Part shown: piece after piece, positions 36,356 to 51,271 of the stretch | Numbering within the stretch: position 1 is the first letter of the stretch | Layout of the letters: the number at the start of each line of letters is the position of its first letter | Assembly: GCA_015680685.1 (NCBI GenBank) | Contig: MNCI01000394.1 | Coordinates: 157,547 to 221,546, forward strand | From: Gnetum montanum | Lineage: Eukaryota > Plantae > Gnetophyta | Length of the DNA: 64,000 bases | Direction: 5' to 3' | Position numbers and translations under genes: made by a program | The notes under the pieces: generated by a model | Seen by the model: only the letters and a program-made list of their open reading frames with translations | Databases searched by the model: none | Told to the model about the DNA's origin: nothing

Positions 36356-37220
36356 TGATGAGCAATGGAGCATCCAACACTCTACCATACAAGTCATGAG
36401 TGTTCACGCATGACCAGATTGTAATTTGCAGATGGACAATGTAATTATGCTAATAATTGAAGTTAAGTTCATGATCATTGTCTTCCCACTTTGAGCCAGT
36501 GAAATTTAGGTGTATGGTTTAGCTCTTAGTGAGGCATATGATTAATTGATGTTTTTTAGGCCCTTAATACTTCTAAAGGTAAACATGATTAAAGATAAAG
36601 TTTCTAAGTCTAATTCACTTGGAAAACATAAATCTAACTTAGCCTAGTGTGATGGATACCTAGTCTTGGTCTACCATACATGCCTTGGACTCATGTAGTC
36701 ATCATTGAGATTACCAAGTGGTATTACTACTGAGTGAATCAAGCAATGCTACTATTGGGTTACTAGATAACTACACTTAGCAATCGAAACTAGTTATATC
36801 CATTTTGCTTACTAATGACATGTAAAATAAGTGCTTGGAATGTAAATGATTAACTAAGAAAATAGTAGAGATTATGCTAAGTAAACAAATGAAACTAAGG
36901 GAATGTTGTAATGATGGAAAGCAATCTCGATCATTATTGTTGTCATGAATTGCATCCAAGTACAATTCACTCGAATAAAGATTCCAAACAATTGCCAACC
37001 ATCACATTGCAGGAATTCACTATCTATTAAAAGTACGAAATACAAAAGTTTCCCTAAGACTTGGAATGAAAAGTTATGGATTAATTTTTCAAATGTTAGT
37101 ATTTATAGGGTTGCACACATCCCAAGACATCACATCAACGATGATGTAGCATGGGTTATGACATTGTTGCTATGATATCGTAGATATGATATCACAATGC
37201 AATAAAAATTAACTTTATCA
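36356..37220 (-). repeat. 3' LTR of element D
   Basis: Starts TGATGAG, ends TTATCA next to the ttcccccatg PPT; reverse TATA at 37101. Confidence 0.8.
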
Positions 37221-37419
37221 TTCCCCCATGATTGACTGAAAACTCATCCTTAAGTTAAAACAAAATGAGGATAGAGTCCCTTACAAAATTGAGAGGTAGA
37301 TTTGACTTGACGTGACTTACTAACTATTTACATGACTTAGAATGCCACAGTGGTGTTTTTACAAAAAAATGACATAGTTACATGATAAGACAAAAAATAA
37401 AATTGAAGTAGCTTGATGT

Positions 37420-40191
37420 AGTTCATGTTCCAGGTAGTCGAGGCTCCTCCATTGGCTTCTTCCCTTTGTCATCAAGCTTTTAAAATTGATATCTATTTAA
37501 GAGTGCTTAAAGCTTCTCTTCTTCTGTCCTTGGGTCATGTACCATCCATGTTTGTTGAGCAATGTTAGATGAAGCAAGTACATCCCATGGACATGATAGT
37601 TGCAGAAATATCTTGTTGGTCTTCACATACCAAGCTACACATTGTTGCCTCTCTTCCTCAAAAGCTCTAGCCATCTTTCATAGCTCTTGGTAATTTGACA
37701 TTCAATGTGCCAAGTTCATTGCTACATCCTTCTAGCATTGGTGGCTAGCTTTGATAATCTCAAGTTTAGAACTTGCGACATGCAGTTTCTGTAGGGTGTC
37801 TTTCCTATCAACAAATTCCTTCTTCTACAATGCATATACGATTGCTACCTGCTACTCTAGTTCGTTTCTGGGCCTGCCTACTGTTAACATCGACATATTA
37901 ACATATAAGAGGTTTGCTAATCCCATGTATTCTGTTAAGTCTTTGATATGTAGGTCCTTGTTTTTCACCTCAGCTTGGTGGACATGGGCAAGGCTATCTA
38001 GAATGGACTGACAATTAGGGTTTTGTATAGAAAGAGAATTGATCTTGGCTTTTGCCATTTGGATTTCTTTTTTATTGATTTGTTTATACATGCCCACCTA
38101 ATCTTTGAAATGATATTTGAGTCTTTTGTGCTTCTTGGCCTCATTTTGCCATGTGCTTATTTCGATCGCTAACTTTTGGCAGATGACGCAGACTTCTTCC
38201 ATTGATAAGATTACGTTCTTTTGGGCCAAGTGACTCATGTCTTGGTTGACTTGGACTAGTTGTTCTTTGAGTTGTTGAATGTTCTCCTTGAGAACATTTT
38301 TTTGCTTTTCTATACTGGTTAACCAAGCATTATTAGTAGCTAACTATTTGTTCTCTTTTTGTAACACGGTGAGTGCTTTAGCAGGTGCATATGTTTGGGC
38401 TTCTTTCATTGAGCATCCCACATTGCCTTCTTCTCTCTTTCCATCTATATGTTATGGTTAATAAGTCTCTTATATGATCATTCTGAATTCTTCAAGTTTG
38501 TCAAGTGCTATGAATTACGTAGGGTCTCTTTTTTCAACTCTCAGGGTGGCTAACTCCTCTTTCAACTGCTGTACCTCATTTTTTGCATAATCAACCTTGA
38601 TTTCAGCCATGAACAACTTTTCTTTTGTGGCTATCATGTTAGATTGGACTGTAGTGATATCACTAAGGATATCAAAAATATTTTGCATGACTTGACCTGC
38701 TTGTAGTAGTTTGTTAAAAATATCTTTGTACTTTGCAGGAGTCATTGAGGTTCTAACAAGCATTTGTGCATCTAGTGCTCTAAAAATATTAGCTGGTGGC
38801 ACAACAAGAACGTTGAAAGACTCCTTAATGTGATCAGTGATGACCTCTACGGCTCCTATTGCATCTTGATGTTGCATGACCATGATAGTGGCACCTTCAC
38901 CAGTGCATTCCGAAATATTTGTTGCCTCAAATCATCCTCTCCTCCTACTTGGAGTAATACTTGTCCATTGGCTAGGTTTGTGGATATGGTGGGCCTTGCA
39001 AAGCTCTCCTGTACTTTGTACAAATTGGCCCCCTCCCTTGTTCTCCAACTTATTGTTTTTGCAATTTGTTGTAGATGGCTCATGAATGGTCGATAATCAT
39101 GTGGTAGTGGTGATGGTACTTGTTGTTGTTGTTTCTATTGCTATTACTTAGCTTTGGGTTGGCTACAAGGTCTTGCCTGTTGCTATTGATTGGTAGCAAG
39201 AATGTTACCGGCAGGAGTGAGACTTGTAGCTCCCTTGGTGCCTACTGGCATCTCCAATTGATCCTTCTTTAGTAGCACTAGCTTGAACATTTTTGCATAG
39301 GAAGCATTCTGGGGCTTCCTAGGGATGTTATTGGTATATCCTAGGATTCCAACTTGCTTGCATAGCTTCCTGATGAGGCAAGGGAATGGAAGTGTTATTT
39401 TCCCTACCTTCTTCTCTTTGAACTACCTCTGGATCTCAAGGAAGAATAGATGGACGATGTTAGCATTGAATTTTTTCATCAAGATTGTAGTTCCTCTGGA
39501 TGCATATGTAGATATCCTATTGAGCCTTTTTGTTGGAAATAGGTGGTAGGTTCCAATCTTAAAGTATATCTTCTCCTCAACTTTGAGCTCACTATAATCT
39601 TTATCTTCTTTTCCATATGTCCTGTGCAACCAAAACCTCTTTACATCAGTATCTAATCTTGTTGAGATATGTGCCACATTTTCCCCTTCATTTGGAATGT
39701 TGAGGGCCTTTGTAATTACCTCTATTGAGTAAGGCATAGAGACTCCAATTTTGACTATAGCATATACTTGTTTATTTTTTGCAGAATTGGTATGTTTACC
39801 CTAGATATCGCTCATCACTGTTAGATAGTGTAAGCCATAAAGGAGACATTTGGGAGTTGTGTCTTTACAAATTCTGAAGCAAACACCATGAAAGGACCAA
39901 AATTCAACTCCACGATGGCTGTGGACATGATAGATTTTTCTTGTATTTCTTGGAGCATTTAGGAGATAAGGTGAGGTGTTGCCCCTATTCAGGCATTGGT
40001 GGAACTTTTGCCTCTTCTTGGGCTAAGTGCTTAGTGGCAAGAGTTTGTTGATGGATGCTATATGATTAGGCCTCCAACTATACATTATCTGCTTGGGGAG
40101 ATTGTTCTCTCACTTGGCCTCTCTCACGGCCTCTTGGTCTCTTGCTCCCATGTTGGGAAGGTCCATTAGCTATTGGTCTCTTAGGGACCAT
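37420..40191 (-). pseudogene. Degenerate extra (ORF2/env-like) ORF of element D, with coiled-coil-like C-terminus
   Basis: ORF fragments 39423-39737, 38856-39083, 38515-38883, 37852-38097; homologous to A 57766-60603. Confidence 0.7.
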
Positions 40192-40473
40192 TTGTAATCA
40201 ATAATAGTTTGCAATTATTAAAGTGTTTATATCAATTCTTAATAGTCTTTCCCTTCCTCGTATCTTTGATTAGATCAAGTTATTTTTTCATTATGATTGC
40301 AACATTGGAAAAATTTTCAAAAATGGAACCCCTTAGGTGTTATATCTTTGGTTACTTATGACCTTCCATAGTTTTCATTCTCTTGCTTATTATGCCTTGA
40401 AATAGTGGGTTTGGTTAATTAGGAAAATTGGTTAAGTCATTTGGCTTAAGTTTGATTAGTTGATGATGATATT

Positions 40474-41346
40474 TGATGAGTCATGGTTGGCTGCATTGAC
40501 GAGGCCCCATCAATGTATTGTTTCATGCATTGACTAGGCCCTGTCAATGCAAGGTCTATTCTTGCCTATAAATACACACTCACTAGTCTCATTTATGGTA
40601 ATAGATGGATAGCAGTAGTAAAGCTCTTGTAGTTTTTCCATTCGAAAGTTAGAATGTTTTGCCAAGTACTCACAATAAGAGTCATTTAGTGTACGAATCT
40701 TTATTCGAGCATTGTTATACCTAAGCACGACAGTGTGTTCAGCAATAAAGATGAGCTTCTTGATAAACCTTGTAGCTTTCTTGATAGTTTAGCTATTCTA
40801 TTCATGCATTTAACGTGTTTAGTTATTTATTTTATGTTTTCTAGTAATTAAGCTAATCAAGCGAGATAAATTAGATAGATTAAATACATAAGTAGAACCA
40901 CTTCGAGTGTAACACGTATTCGCTTGGTAATCCCACCAACGTTATTGCTTGGTACACCCAGTAGCATAGAACTTGGTAACCCAATAGTGGATACATGGGT
41001 TTAGGATGTGTACAGAAAGTGGGATTAGATGCTTATGGTAAGATTAGTTAGAGATTGGTTCATTAGTTAAATCAAATTAGTCATTAAATTACTTTTTCTC
41101 TTTCTTCAAGCTCCAAAGAACATAAAACATAAAATGATAAAAATCATATTCCTTGATTACACTTAATCATACCTTTATACTTCATAAGTGTAACTAGAAA
41201 GACAACGAATGACCTTTAGGGTAAGGTTCACTTCATAGAAGACTAGTGTATAGGAAACTATAAAGTCCACAAAATTCAATCAGATCTTGCGTGAGCACTT
41301 TGTGATTCGTATGGTTGGACATAGGGGTACCCTTCACCACTCATCA
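40474..41346 (+). repeat. 5' LTR of element A
   Basis: TGATGAG..CTCATCA termini, TATAAATA at 40567, followed by the PBS. Confidence 0.9.
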
Positions 41347-41989
41347 TTGGCATCATTGTAGGGGACTCTATCTGTTGAAACATGTGCTATCTAGGCTTAA
41401 TGGATATCATTAATATCATTGGATGAACCCCAAGGTTGACATCACTCTCACTCGATACATAACTACAAAAGCACACTGATACTTTATTTGTTTGCAAAAT
41501 ATCTTCTTCTCACAAGTGAAATGATATGAAACTGCCAGTCCCATAAGAGTGCAAAGTGATATATACTCATCCAGATGAGTTTTTGCTGATTTCACCTTCA
41601 TCCTACAACAGGATGAGCAACTATGATGGAGTGACATGGAAGGCAACATTGTATTGCCTCCTGATTGATTTATGCCTAGGATGCTGCTTGAAACTTTGAA
41701 GAAGTTAGGCATCTGGGATCTTCAAGAGGAATATGTTGTGAATGGTTATGACACTTGGGACTACCATCCCACTAAAACATAATGCCAGCATGATCAATAT
41801 TAGGAGAGGCATCTTGAGGATGTAAAAGGGAAATGCTTTATGAATCCCTTGTTCCTACTAAACCAAGATAACAATGAGGACCCTTCCTTTGAGGGCTCTT
41901 AGCATGAAGATTCTCTACCCTTTGTTACTAGTGATGAGGGTGTGACCTTGAATTTGTAGTATACAATCCATAATTCAAGTTCAGGGAAA

Positions 41990-44400
41990 GATGGCAGTCA
42001 AGGCAAGGGGTCGAACAAGCATCATGATAATGGGAAAATTGATGAATGTGGCCATGATATCCCAAGGGAAATTGGTAGACACCATGGTTGTGGTAGTCCT
42101 CCTCTCTCTTCGTCCTCTTCATCTACATCTACGTCTTCTTCCTCTTTTGATTTTGAAAGACACCATAGAAGGAAGAACCGTGATGGAGGTGAGGATCAAG
42201 GTAATAATACTAATCACCATGCCCACAATAATCAAAGGGGTAACAGAGGACATCATCAGCCAAAATAAAACAATGATGATGATGAGCCTTTATTAGCGAC
42301 TTGAGGTATGCTTAACATTGTAGAGGTAGTTAAGATCCAAACTAGGCATGTGAAAGATAGTCGAATCAAGTGCTTAGATATGAACAATATTCCAAGATTT
42401 GAGGGGGGATATAACTTTGATCCGTAGAATCATCTACAAGCCTTTCACGATGCCTATGCCTTACAAAACATTGAGAATGATTGATAGAAACTTAAGCTCT
42501 TTTCCAAGACACTCATTAAGGAAACAGAAGGTTGGTACTAGTGCTTGGAGCTAGGAATCCATTCGCAGATGGAATACCATGCTGGAACTATTTAATGATG
42601 AATATTAGATGTACTCTAGAGTGTCTAACCTGAGAAGGAAAATCCAAGGTTGGAAACAAGGAACACATGAACCCTTAGATGCCGCCATGGGTAGATACTA
42701 TTCTCTCTTACATCGATGCCTTGGCCATGGTTATTCTTAGAGGGAATAACTCTACCATATCATAGATGGGCTTATAGTAGAAACTAGATGAACTCTTGAA
42801 GTTTATGCCTAAGGGAGACTTTCCAAACTAAGAGCTCATCAGATATAATGATTGATAGAACATGTTGCAAAAGAAGAAAGTGAGTTATGAAAAAGGAAAG
42901 GTGCAAAAGAATATAATAGGGACACTTCCATAAGAAAAAGGAAGGTCAAATTCCGTAACGAGGAGGAGTCACCACTTAATGAAGTGGTGAATAGGAAAAC
43001 CTTGCTCATCCAAAAATTTGTTTTTGATATTTCAGCAAAGGTTGATAAATTATGGGACTCTTTGGATGAAAAATTCCAAAATTCTATGAAGATTACTGAA
43101 GAATCCAAAGAGAAAAATGGTGATTGTAACCATAAGAGGCAGAAAGAAGCTAAACGTGTCTACTAGAGAGGTAAGGGCAAAGATGCTATAGTAGAAGAAG
43201 TTGTGAAGACAGACTCTGATAATGCTGTTGGTTGTAACATTTTTCAGTATGAACATCTTAAAGGCTGTTACCCTATGGTGTCACACTTACAAGAGTTTGG
43301 GGTGTATGTGTTGAATCCTTTATTAGCATAGAGGTAAGCACATAGACGATTGTCTTATCCTCAAGGAAATCCAAGGAAGTTCCACCAACAACAACAAGCT
43401 TACTACCCAAGTGGAGCTCCATCACAACCATATGAATAGTATCAATAGTGGCAGCAACCATAGTCGTGGGGAATGCCATTGCTAAGACAATAGTACCCTT
43501 ATAGACAACCAAATCCATATAGGTACTATGTTCAGTAGCTTGTTTCTCTAAGAAGTTCTATAAGACACGCCTCATTCCAGCATCATTATTACCCTCCAAA
43601 GTACCATCAAACTCATTCACCATCTACTTGAGGGAAACATCCATATCCATACCACCCTTCACATGCATTTGCACACATCCCTCTACCCTCAACTCAGTTA
43701 CCTCCTTTTCCATTCATGCAAGGCAAAATTCCCCCATAACTGTAGCAACAAAATGCTACGAGGGCTATACATTCACAACTAGCCTTCCAACCGACTGGTT
43801 TAGATAAGTGATCTTGAGAATGACCATTTTTTTGATCCAACAGCCCTCCAAAACCCTCACAACCTAATGTAGTTGGTCACTTTGTATCTCAAACACCCTC
43901 ATCCTCTACATAAAAAACATTCAAGTGCCCTTCAGACCAAATGCCTCCTCAAATGCACACTATGATGTTAACTCATGCTATTTCTAATTGGATCAAGGTT
44001 GGAAATTTTTCCATGAAAAGATTTGACCTAGGAAGTCCTCTCATTTACTTACAAATTGCTAGACATGAGCCATGCAAGGCTCTTCTTGATTTTGGTTTTG
44101 GTGTCAATCTCATCTCCCATGACATTTACAAGGCTTGGAACCTACTGCCTCTCAAGAACAGAAACATCCATTTGGAATTAGCAAACCTATTAATCATTGT
44201 TCCCTTAGGACTACTGGAGAACATTGTGACCATAGTTTGTGGGTGATCCTATCTTACCAATTTTCTAGTGATCAAGATGGAAAATTACAAAGGTAACTTC
44301 CCCATCATTATGGGAAGAGCATGGTTAAGAACATTTGATGCATGAATGGGCATTAGGGACCTTTTCTTGGAAATCTCTAAGGAAAATGACTTTGGAAGGT
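41990..44400 (+). pseudogene. Degenerate gag and aspartic protease of element A
   Basis: IPRFEG...HLQAF...KLKLFSKTL...WY (gag); DLGSPLI..KALLDFGFGVNLI..LELAN..PLGLLENI..NFLVIKM..PIIMGRAWL (Athila-type protease). Confidence 0.8.
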
Positions 44401-47099
44401 TGAAGAAGAAGCGTGTTCCATATATCATGTATAGTGATAATAGGTGCAATTGCATGCAAAAGATTTGGTCTATCAAAAGTACATACATTAAAGCATTTCA
44501 TCAGTGTGTGAAAGACACAGATATCTAAAGGTTCCTATACATGGTAGCTACAAAATAGGAGGGCAAGTGTAGCCAAGGGTTTTGATCAAAATGAGAGTGT
44601 CAACCTGTCAAGACTATTACCTGAGCATAGTACAACATGACAACACATGAAAAAATGCAAAAAGACACAAAAAATGCAAGAAAATGCTAGAAATGAGAGA
44701 GAGAAATGGAACACTACCCCAAATGGGAGTGTAGTTAACTCTAAAAAGGTCTTAGAAGGTACATAATGTACAACAGGCATAGTGGGAGTGTAGTCACAGT
44801 CTCGATGGTGTTAGGCCATGAAGTCTGGTGCTTACTGGGATGAACCATGCTTGCTGGGTTGGCTGCCATGATGTATCATGTGGTGTTATATAGGGCTGTA
44901 ATGGGGTTGCGATTTATTGTACAGTGTAGGGCTACAATAGGGCCATGGTGTACTATGTGGTGCAGTTATGCCTCTCTACTGGTGTGGTGTGCTCTGGGTC
45001 TTGTTCATCCATGGAGCTAAGTGCCAATATGCCAAAATGCCAAATGCCAAATGAAAGTGCCAGCTACCAACCCCTAAAATTTTGGGAGTCTAGGAATATG
45101 TATAGGGCTTGGGTTAGCCAAAAATGCAGATTGGGTGCCACATGGCAGTGCAGTAGGTGAGACAATGAGAAAAATTCAAAAAATTTTCTAAGTCTGAAGG
45201 TGACTAGAAAAAGTTTGAAAATTTTTCTAACTCTAGTTGCTATGCTCGCTACTCTCACCCCTTACTATGCTCAACCTCTTTCTACACTCACTATGCTCTA
45301 GGGCATAGTCCTGACAGTTAGAAATTTTTTTGTAAAACTAGTATTCTATGCTGGCTACACTAGTTATGCTCTAGAGGGCAATAGGGGCAATGGGAGTGTA
45401 GCACAACACTTAGAAAAATTTTTGTAGCTTGTTTCATTATTTTGACACTTAGAAAAAATCTTACAAAACTGGCTTTGGATGTGCTAACTACACTAGCTAT
45501 GCTCTAGAGCATAGTAGGGGCAATTTGAGCATAGCACAACACTTAGAAAATTTCTACAGCTTATGTCGTCGTTCTGACACTTAGTGAAAATTGCAGAAAA
45601 TTGGCCATTGAAGCTAACTATGCTCTACTACAGTGGAGAGTGTGGTCCCAGAACTTAGACAAATCTACAAAAAGTGCCATCGTTCTGACACTTCAAAAAA
45701 TTTTGCAAATCTAGTAGTTGGAGTTGACTACATGCTCCATTGGGCTAACTATGCTCTCGTGCAACAGAGAGCATAGTCCCAACACTTTAAAAAATTGGCG
45801 AAAAATGCCATTATCTTGACAGTTAGCCAAATTTTTAGTCAAGAAGTGGTAGCCCATATTTTTATGGTGTTTCATTGTTCTCTCTTTGTTAATGTTTGGA
45901 GGAGTGGCCTGAGAGATGTCAATAAAGAATCACAAAACACCATAGCAAACATGGCACCAAAATCACTTGTCAGTACTAGATTGGGTGTCATTCCATCATG
46001 TTCAAGAGTGCTATGGATAGTGGTATGTTGAGGGCAAGGGGTGTAGGTAATGTGTTATGGATGATAGAGGGAGATACAATGCAAATAAGGTATCATGATG
46101 CAAGGTGTGGAGTCAGCATGGTTGATGGTGACCAAGGCATCAAGGTGGATTACCCCTAAAACATTGACCTCTCATCAGAGTGCTTATGAGAGAGGTGAGG
46201 TGTGGACTCAAGGTTGGGTTGGTTGTGAAATTGTAGCGTTGTCAATTTGCTTAGGGATGTGCTTTTGCCCCTTTGCTTTTTTTTTTTTTGTTTTTTTGTT
46301 TTTGCTTACTTTTTCTTACTTTTTCTTTTACTTCTTTGCTTTGCGTTAGGGAAAACCTTTATTGGGCTCTACATATTGCAAAATGTCAGCTGCAAGGTGT
46401 TGGCCATTGAGTGGATTGTGTTCCACAAGATAGGCTTTGCTTTGACACAACCATGTTACACTTGTAGGATAGGTGTTTCCTCCCTAGGATGGGTTGCGTT
46501 ACCTCTTTTGGGCTTTGACCCATCAATAGAGGCTCCCCATAGGATGAGTTTTGTTACGTCCACCTTGGGTTCTACAATTGATGTGAAGAGAAAGCCATAT
46601 GCATCACAGTGCGTATGCATTAGAGGGATGTGCAATCGTGAGTATGTAGGTGAGGAGAGGCTATTGGGATGAAGGAGTAGATGTGCGTAGGCTATAATAG
46701 GATGGGAGGGATGTGCACTCTTGAGTGGCTTAACTAGTCCAATCATGCACATCAGAGTGATGTGGCGACTTGTTGCTGTAATGAGATGCATCTCTGCATG
46801 ACCGCCTTCGAGGCTTCATCCTGTGAACACAACTTTGAAAAGATAAAAAGACCACACAACATGACAGGAAAATGCAAATGTTAGATGTGAAGATGCTATA
46901 AGTGCTAGATACGAAGATGCTGCAAATGCATCAAATGTTGCCAAGTTGTAAGTGCTCAAGAAGCCAGTGAAAGTGCTAGGGCAATGATGCTGTGAGTCCT
47001 TCAAAGGTTGCATCGATGGCAGGTGCTTCAAAAGATTAGTAGAATGGTGGGAGGTGATGATGCTATGAGAGTGAAAACCTAGTTTAAGGTCTTGGTAGA

Positions 47100-47790
47100 T
47101 TGTGGAGTGCTAGTTTATAGTCCTAGCAGGCTATTGTGTGCTAGTTTAACATTGTAGGAGACAAGCTGTTATGCCAGTTTAATGTCATGGCCCAAGGACA
47201 ATTTGTGCTAGTTTATAGTTATAGTAGATTGCTACAGTAGTTTATAGTCATAGCAGACTATTACACCAATTTATAGTCATAGCGAACTATCTATTCTAAT
47301 TTTTTACATCATGGTAGATGAGTGTTTACCTTGCTTGTGTGAGGTGCGATGCTGCATGCATAGTCATGCTGTGTGCTTGCAAGATCCTACAAAAATCAAT
47401 TAGAAAAAAAACATCAAGTGGCACCTATCATAAACAAAGTTAAAATGCACAAATGAAAGGAAAGCAATGCGAAGAATGATAGTTTTAGGCTATTTTGGGC
47501 TGCAACGGTAGTTTAAGACCATTTTGGGCTATCGAGTGTGGTTAGTTTTGGGCCATTTTAGGCCATCACTAGTTTAAGGCCATTTTAGGCCATCACAAAG
47601 GGGTTGATGATTTAAAGCCATTTCAGGCCATCATTAGTTTAAGGCCATTTCAGGCCATCACAAAGGGGTTGATGATTTAAAGCCATTTCAGGCTATATGT
47701 TGCCAGTTTAAGGCCATGGTAGGGCATAGGTTGCTAATTTAAAACCATTCCAAGTTGTGGGCTAGTTTAAGGCCTTTTTAGGCAACATAT
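47100..47790. repeat. Tandem arrays in the 3' region of B (tgctagttta.. ~29-bp units; agtttaaggccattttaggccatc ~25-30-bp units)
   Basis: Direct reading of repeated units. Confidence 0.8.
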
Positions 47791-47914
47791 TTTTTTGCAG
47801 TTTTAGTTTTATGATTTTTATGTGTTTTTGATGTTTTTCAAATGCAATGCATAAGCTTAGTTAATGGATGAATAAACAAAGCAAAAAACACATGAACAAA
47901 ATGAAATGCGTGAT

Positions 47915-48583
47915 TTAAGCGAGCAAGCAAAATGTAAATGTGTAGGCTAGTGTGATGCAAACAAAAGTCAAAAATGCATGGCAAGTGGAGGCAAGGGGTA
48001 GGCAAGTGCCTAGTGCATTTTTAGCCAAGGGAGTGCCTTGTTCAAGCAGTTGTTTCCTAATTTGGTTTGGATTAGGGAATGAATAGGGCCTAGGATCCTC
48101 TGGGAGGCTGTTGGCTTCAACCGCTCGTTTGGGTGTGTCAACCTTATGCATTGTGTTGGTTGCCGTAGATGCATCACCAAGAAACTCCACCTCCAACACT
48201 TGCTCCATGTCAATGTTGTGGATAGCTAGAGAGGAGGTGTTATCACTGTGGATGATAACTTGATTACCTTCATATGAAAGGTGGACTTCTTGGTGGATGG
48301 AAGAGGAGACAACCCGTAGTTGAGCTAGCCAAGGCCTACCTAGGATCAGGTTGAAGCCTAGCATCTCCTCTATGATAGTGAAATCTGTGCTGGTGGGGAA
48401 TTTCTCTCCTACCACAAAGGCTAAGTTGATTGTACCCCTAATGGTGACACATGATCCATTGAAGGATTTTAGACACATAGTTTTGGTTGGCCTGATTTCG
48501 TCTGCCAAGCCTAGCTTGTCGATGATAGAGTATAGGACTATGTTTGTTGCTACACCATCATCGACATGCACTTTGTGGATCAT
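47915..48583 (-). pseudogene. Aspartic protease remnant of element B
   Basis: KVHVDDGVATNI..CLKSFNG..FNLILGRPWL..VVSSSIHQEVHL, typical of Tat/Ogre proteases. Confidence 0.85.
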
Positions 48584-51271
48584 GCACTACCCAACATGTA
48601 TGCTAATGGATAGTGGAACTATAGTGACCTCCCCTTGTTTGGGGTTGACCTTAATTACATCATCATGAAACACTAGGAGTGTTGAACTTGATTCCTATGG
48701 TGCAGGGGGCAACATTGTTGCACAGATGGTGTTCTGATTCGTAGGGATGTTCTCCATAATAGGAATGAAGGCCAACATTTGGGCCAATGCTTAGTGGTGA
48801 GTAGATGAGTTCATGACGAAGTTGTACAAGCTCAACATTGTGTTCTTTTGCTTGAGCATTTGTTTCACCTAGGTTAGTGCAGCTACAAAGTCCTTTTCAT
48901 CAACCATTTTGTTGGCCTTGACTTCCTCCATGTGACTTGAGAGAAAAATCTCTCATAGAGGGGACTTGGGCTTGGGTTGCTTGGCCTACTTGGGGGCAAG
49001 GACACCAGTGTTTGGTTGTTTCTTGTTGGTTATGGCCTTTACTTCAGCCATGGGGGTTGCGAGGCACTCATTCATCCTCTTGCATTGCCATTTGGTTGAC
49101 CTATTTAGGTTGCTAGTGGAGTTAGTTCTTGAAGGAGGAGAGACCAAGATGTTACCCACTATTGGGTTTCAGGTAGGTGAGGGGCCATCATGTTGTGGCA
49201 TCCTTATGACAAACAATGGTTTAAGAGTTGTTGTGGGGCCAACTTGTTGTGGCACCTTGATGATGAAAGGTTGCTTAGTGGTTGTTGCTATTACATCATG
49301 CTAGTTTAACATCTTAGTCAATGGTTGGTTTGGTTGCTAGTTTAACATCTTAGCAAATGATTGTTGTGGGACCTTGACCACAAAGGATGTTGTGGGTGCC
49401 TGAGGTGGCACTTTGATAACAAAGGAGGGCCTCTTGCTTGTGGAGGTCGAGGAGATCCTTGCCTTGTTGAGAGGCACGTGGATCATAAAAGGTTTTTGTG
49501 CAGGTTTAGACTTGCCAACTATGCTGATAGAGTTTATGACATAGGGGGTGTCATTTGTGTTGGATTGGCTCACTGTGTCGAGCACCAGTTAGTTCCATTT
49601 TATCATTCTTTGCAGGTCATCCTGCAAATCATGCCAGTTATCTATACAATGATAGACATTTGGTGGTAATGATAGTATTGGTCCAACTTGAATTATTGTG
49701 GGACTAGGGGATCATTTGGTACTATTGAGGTGGGGTTCCTTAGTAGTTTGTAGTACCTATCATGTTTTTGGTGGGAAATCTCCAATATGTATTTGTATTG
49801 GATTCACTCAGCTTTCATGAGTTGCTCTAGTAGTTCAGAGGGTTCCATCGGTAGTAGTGTATACTTTGAGTGATCCTTGCTCTTAAAGTTGGGCCTTGGG
49901 GTGGCTCCTACTGATGTAGGTGAGTTAGAGCTAGAGTTGGTGGCTTTGTGAGCTGGGGCCTTGGGCTACTTAGTCGTTAGGCCTTGGTTGGTTGCTTTTG
50001 TGCTTGTGGCTACTATTGCCATTGTTGCATTTTTCTTGTGTGCATGTTGGTTTCTGTAGGCCACATAGGCTAGGTCATAGCTAGCTTGCACTACCTCCTC
50101 TATGCCCTTCATTTGGGGAAAGGCTTAGCTAAGAGACTTTGGGGCCAGGTAATATAGTTTGGACTTGATGAAGTTGCTCATTGCATCCTTGAAGATGGCC
50201 AATAGGTGTGTCTTTACTAGGGGTTCATGCATTTTTCTCAATGTAGCATTCCAGCATTGGAGGAATTTTGGCACGGGCTCTAAGGGCCTCTGCTTGACTT
50301 ACATGAGCTAGTCAAGGGTTGCTTCAAGTTTTAGGTTGTACCTAAAGCATGTCACAAGCTGGATTATGAGATCCTTCAAAGAAGAGATTGAGGCCTCAGA
50401 GGAGGTAGCTTTGAGTTGGTTGATCTCCTTCATCAAACTTTGGATCAGCTAGAATGCCTGATCCAAGCTTGGAGATGTGTTAGATGATTGCATTGGTTAG
50501 GCTTGTGTTGGTTTTGCAGTGTAGGGTCAAATTGTTGGTTGCAGAGTTTGCCAGTTTAACATTGTAGCAGACGATTGTTGCTAGTTTAACACTGTAGTAG
50601 ACAGGTTTAGTTGATGTGTTGGTTGAGGGATGGGTGTGGTGACTGACGTGGGCTACACATGAGTGGGTTGGACAGATGCTATGGACACCGATGAGACAAG
50701 TGACATGTAGGATGCCTGAATCATCTAGGGCTAGGAGGTGGCCCTTACGTGAGCATAGGATTGGGCAAATGTAGTGGTCGCTTGCAAGGAAGGCTAAATT
50801 AGCATGGTTACCATCTTGGAGAGGACAGGTGGATTGAATCAAGGAGGGGTTGTACTAGGGAGTGATTGTTGCAAGATGGTGTAGAGGGTGCTCTCGCATT
50901 CGGAGTGGGCCTCAAACTCATATTCTTCCTCCTGTGAGGCTTCCTCATAGGTTTTTCCTACATCATGATCACTTGCATAGATGAGTTGGAACAACAGTTG
51001 GTGGTAGTACTTCATGAGTGGAATTATGTTGAATAAGGAGGGGTTGTACTCCCATTCATCTCAGTGGACTTATTTGTAATCCTGTTTTGCCTCTAAGTCA
51101 AGGCAATCCACTGGTAATCTTACTTGGATTTTAGCAGAAAAAAAATTGTATTGTTCATGGCTTAGCACTACATGCTTTGGGTGGATCGTGGTGTCAAATG
51201 TATTAGAAACTGACTTGGAAGGTTGATCTAGATTCATGTTCACCAATCGGGTTGTGAGAGTTGATGTTTGC

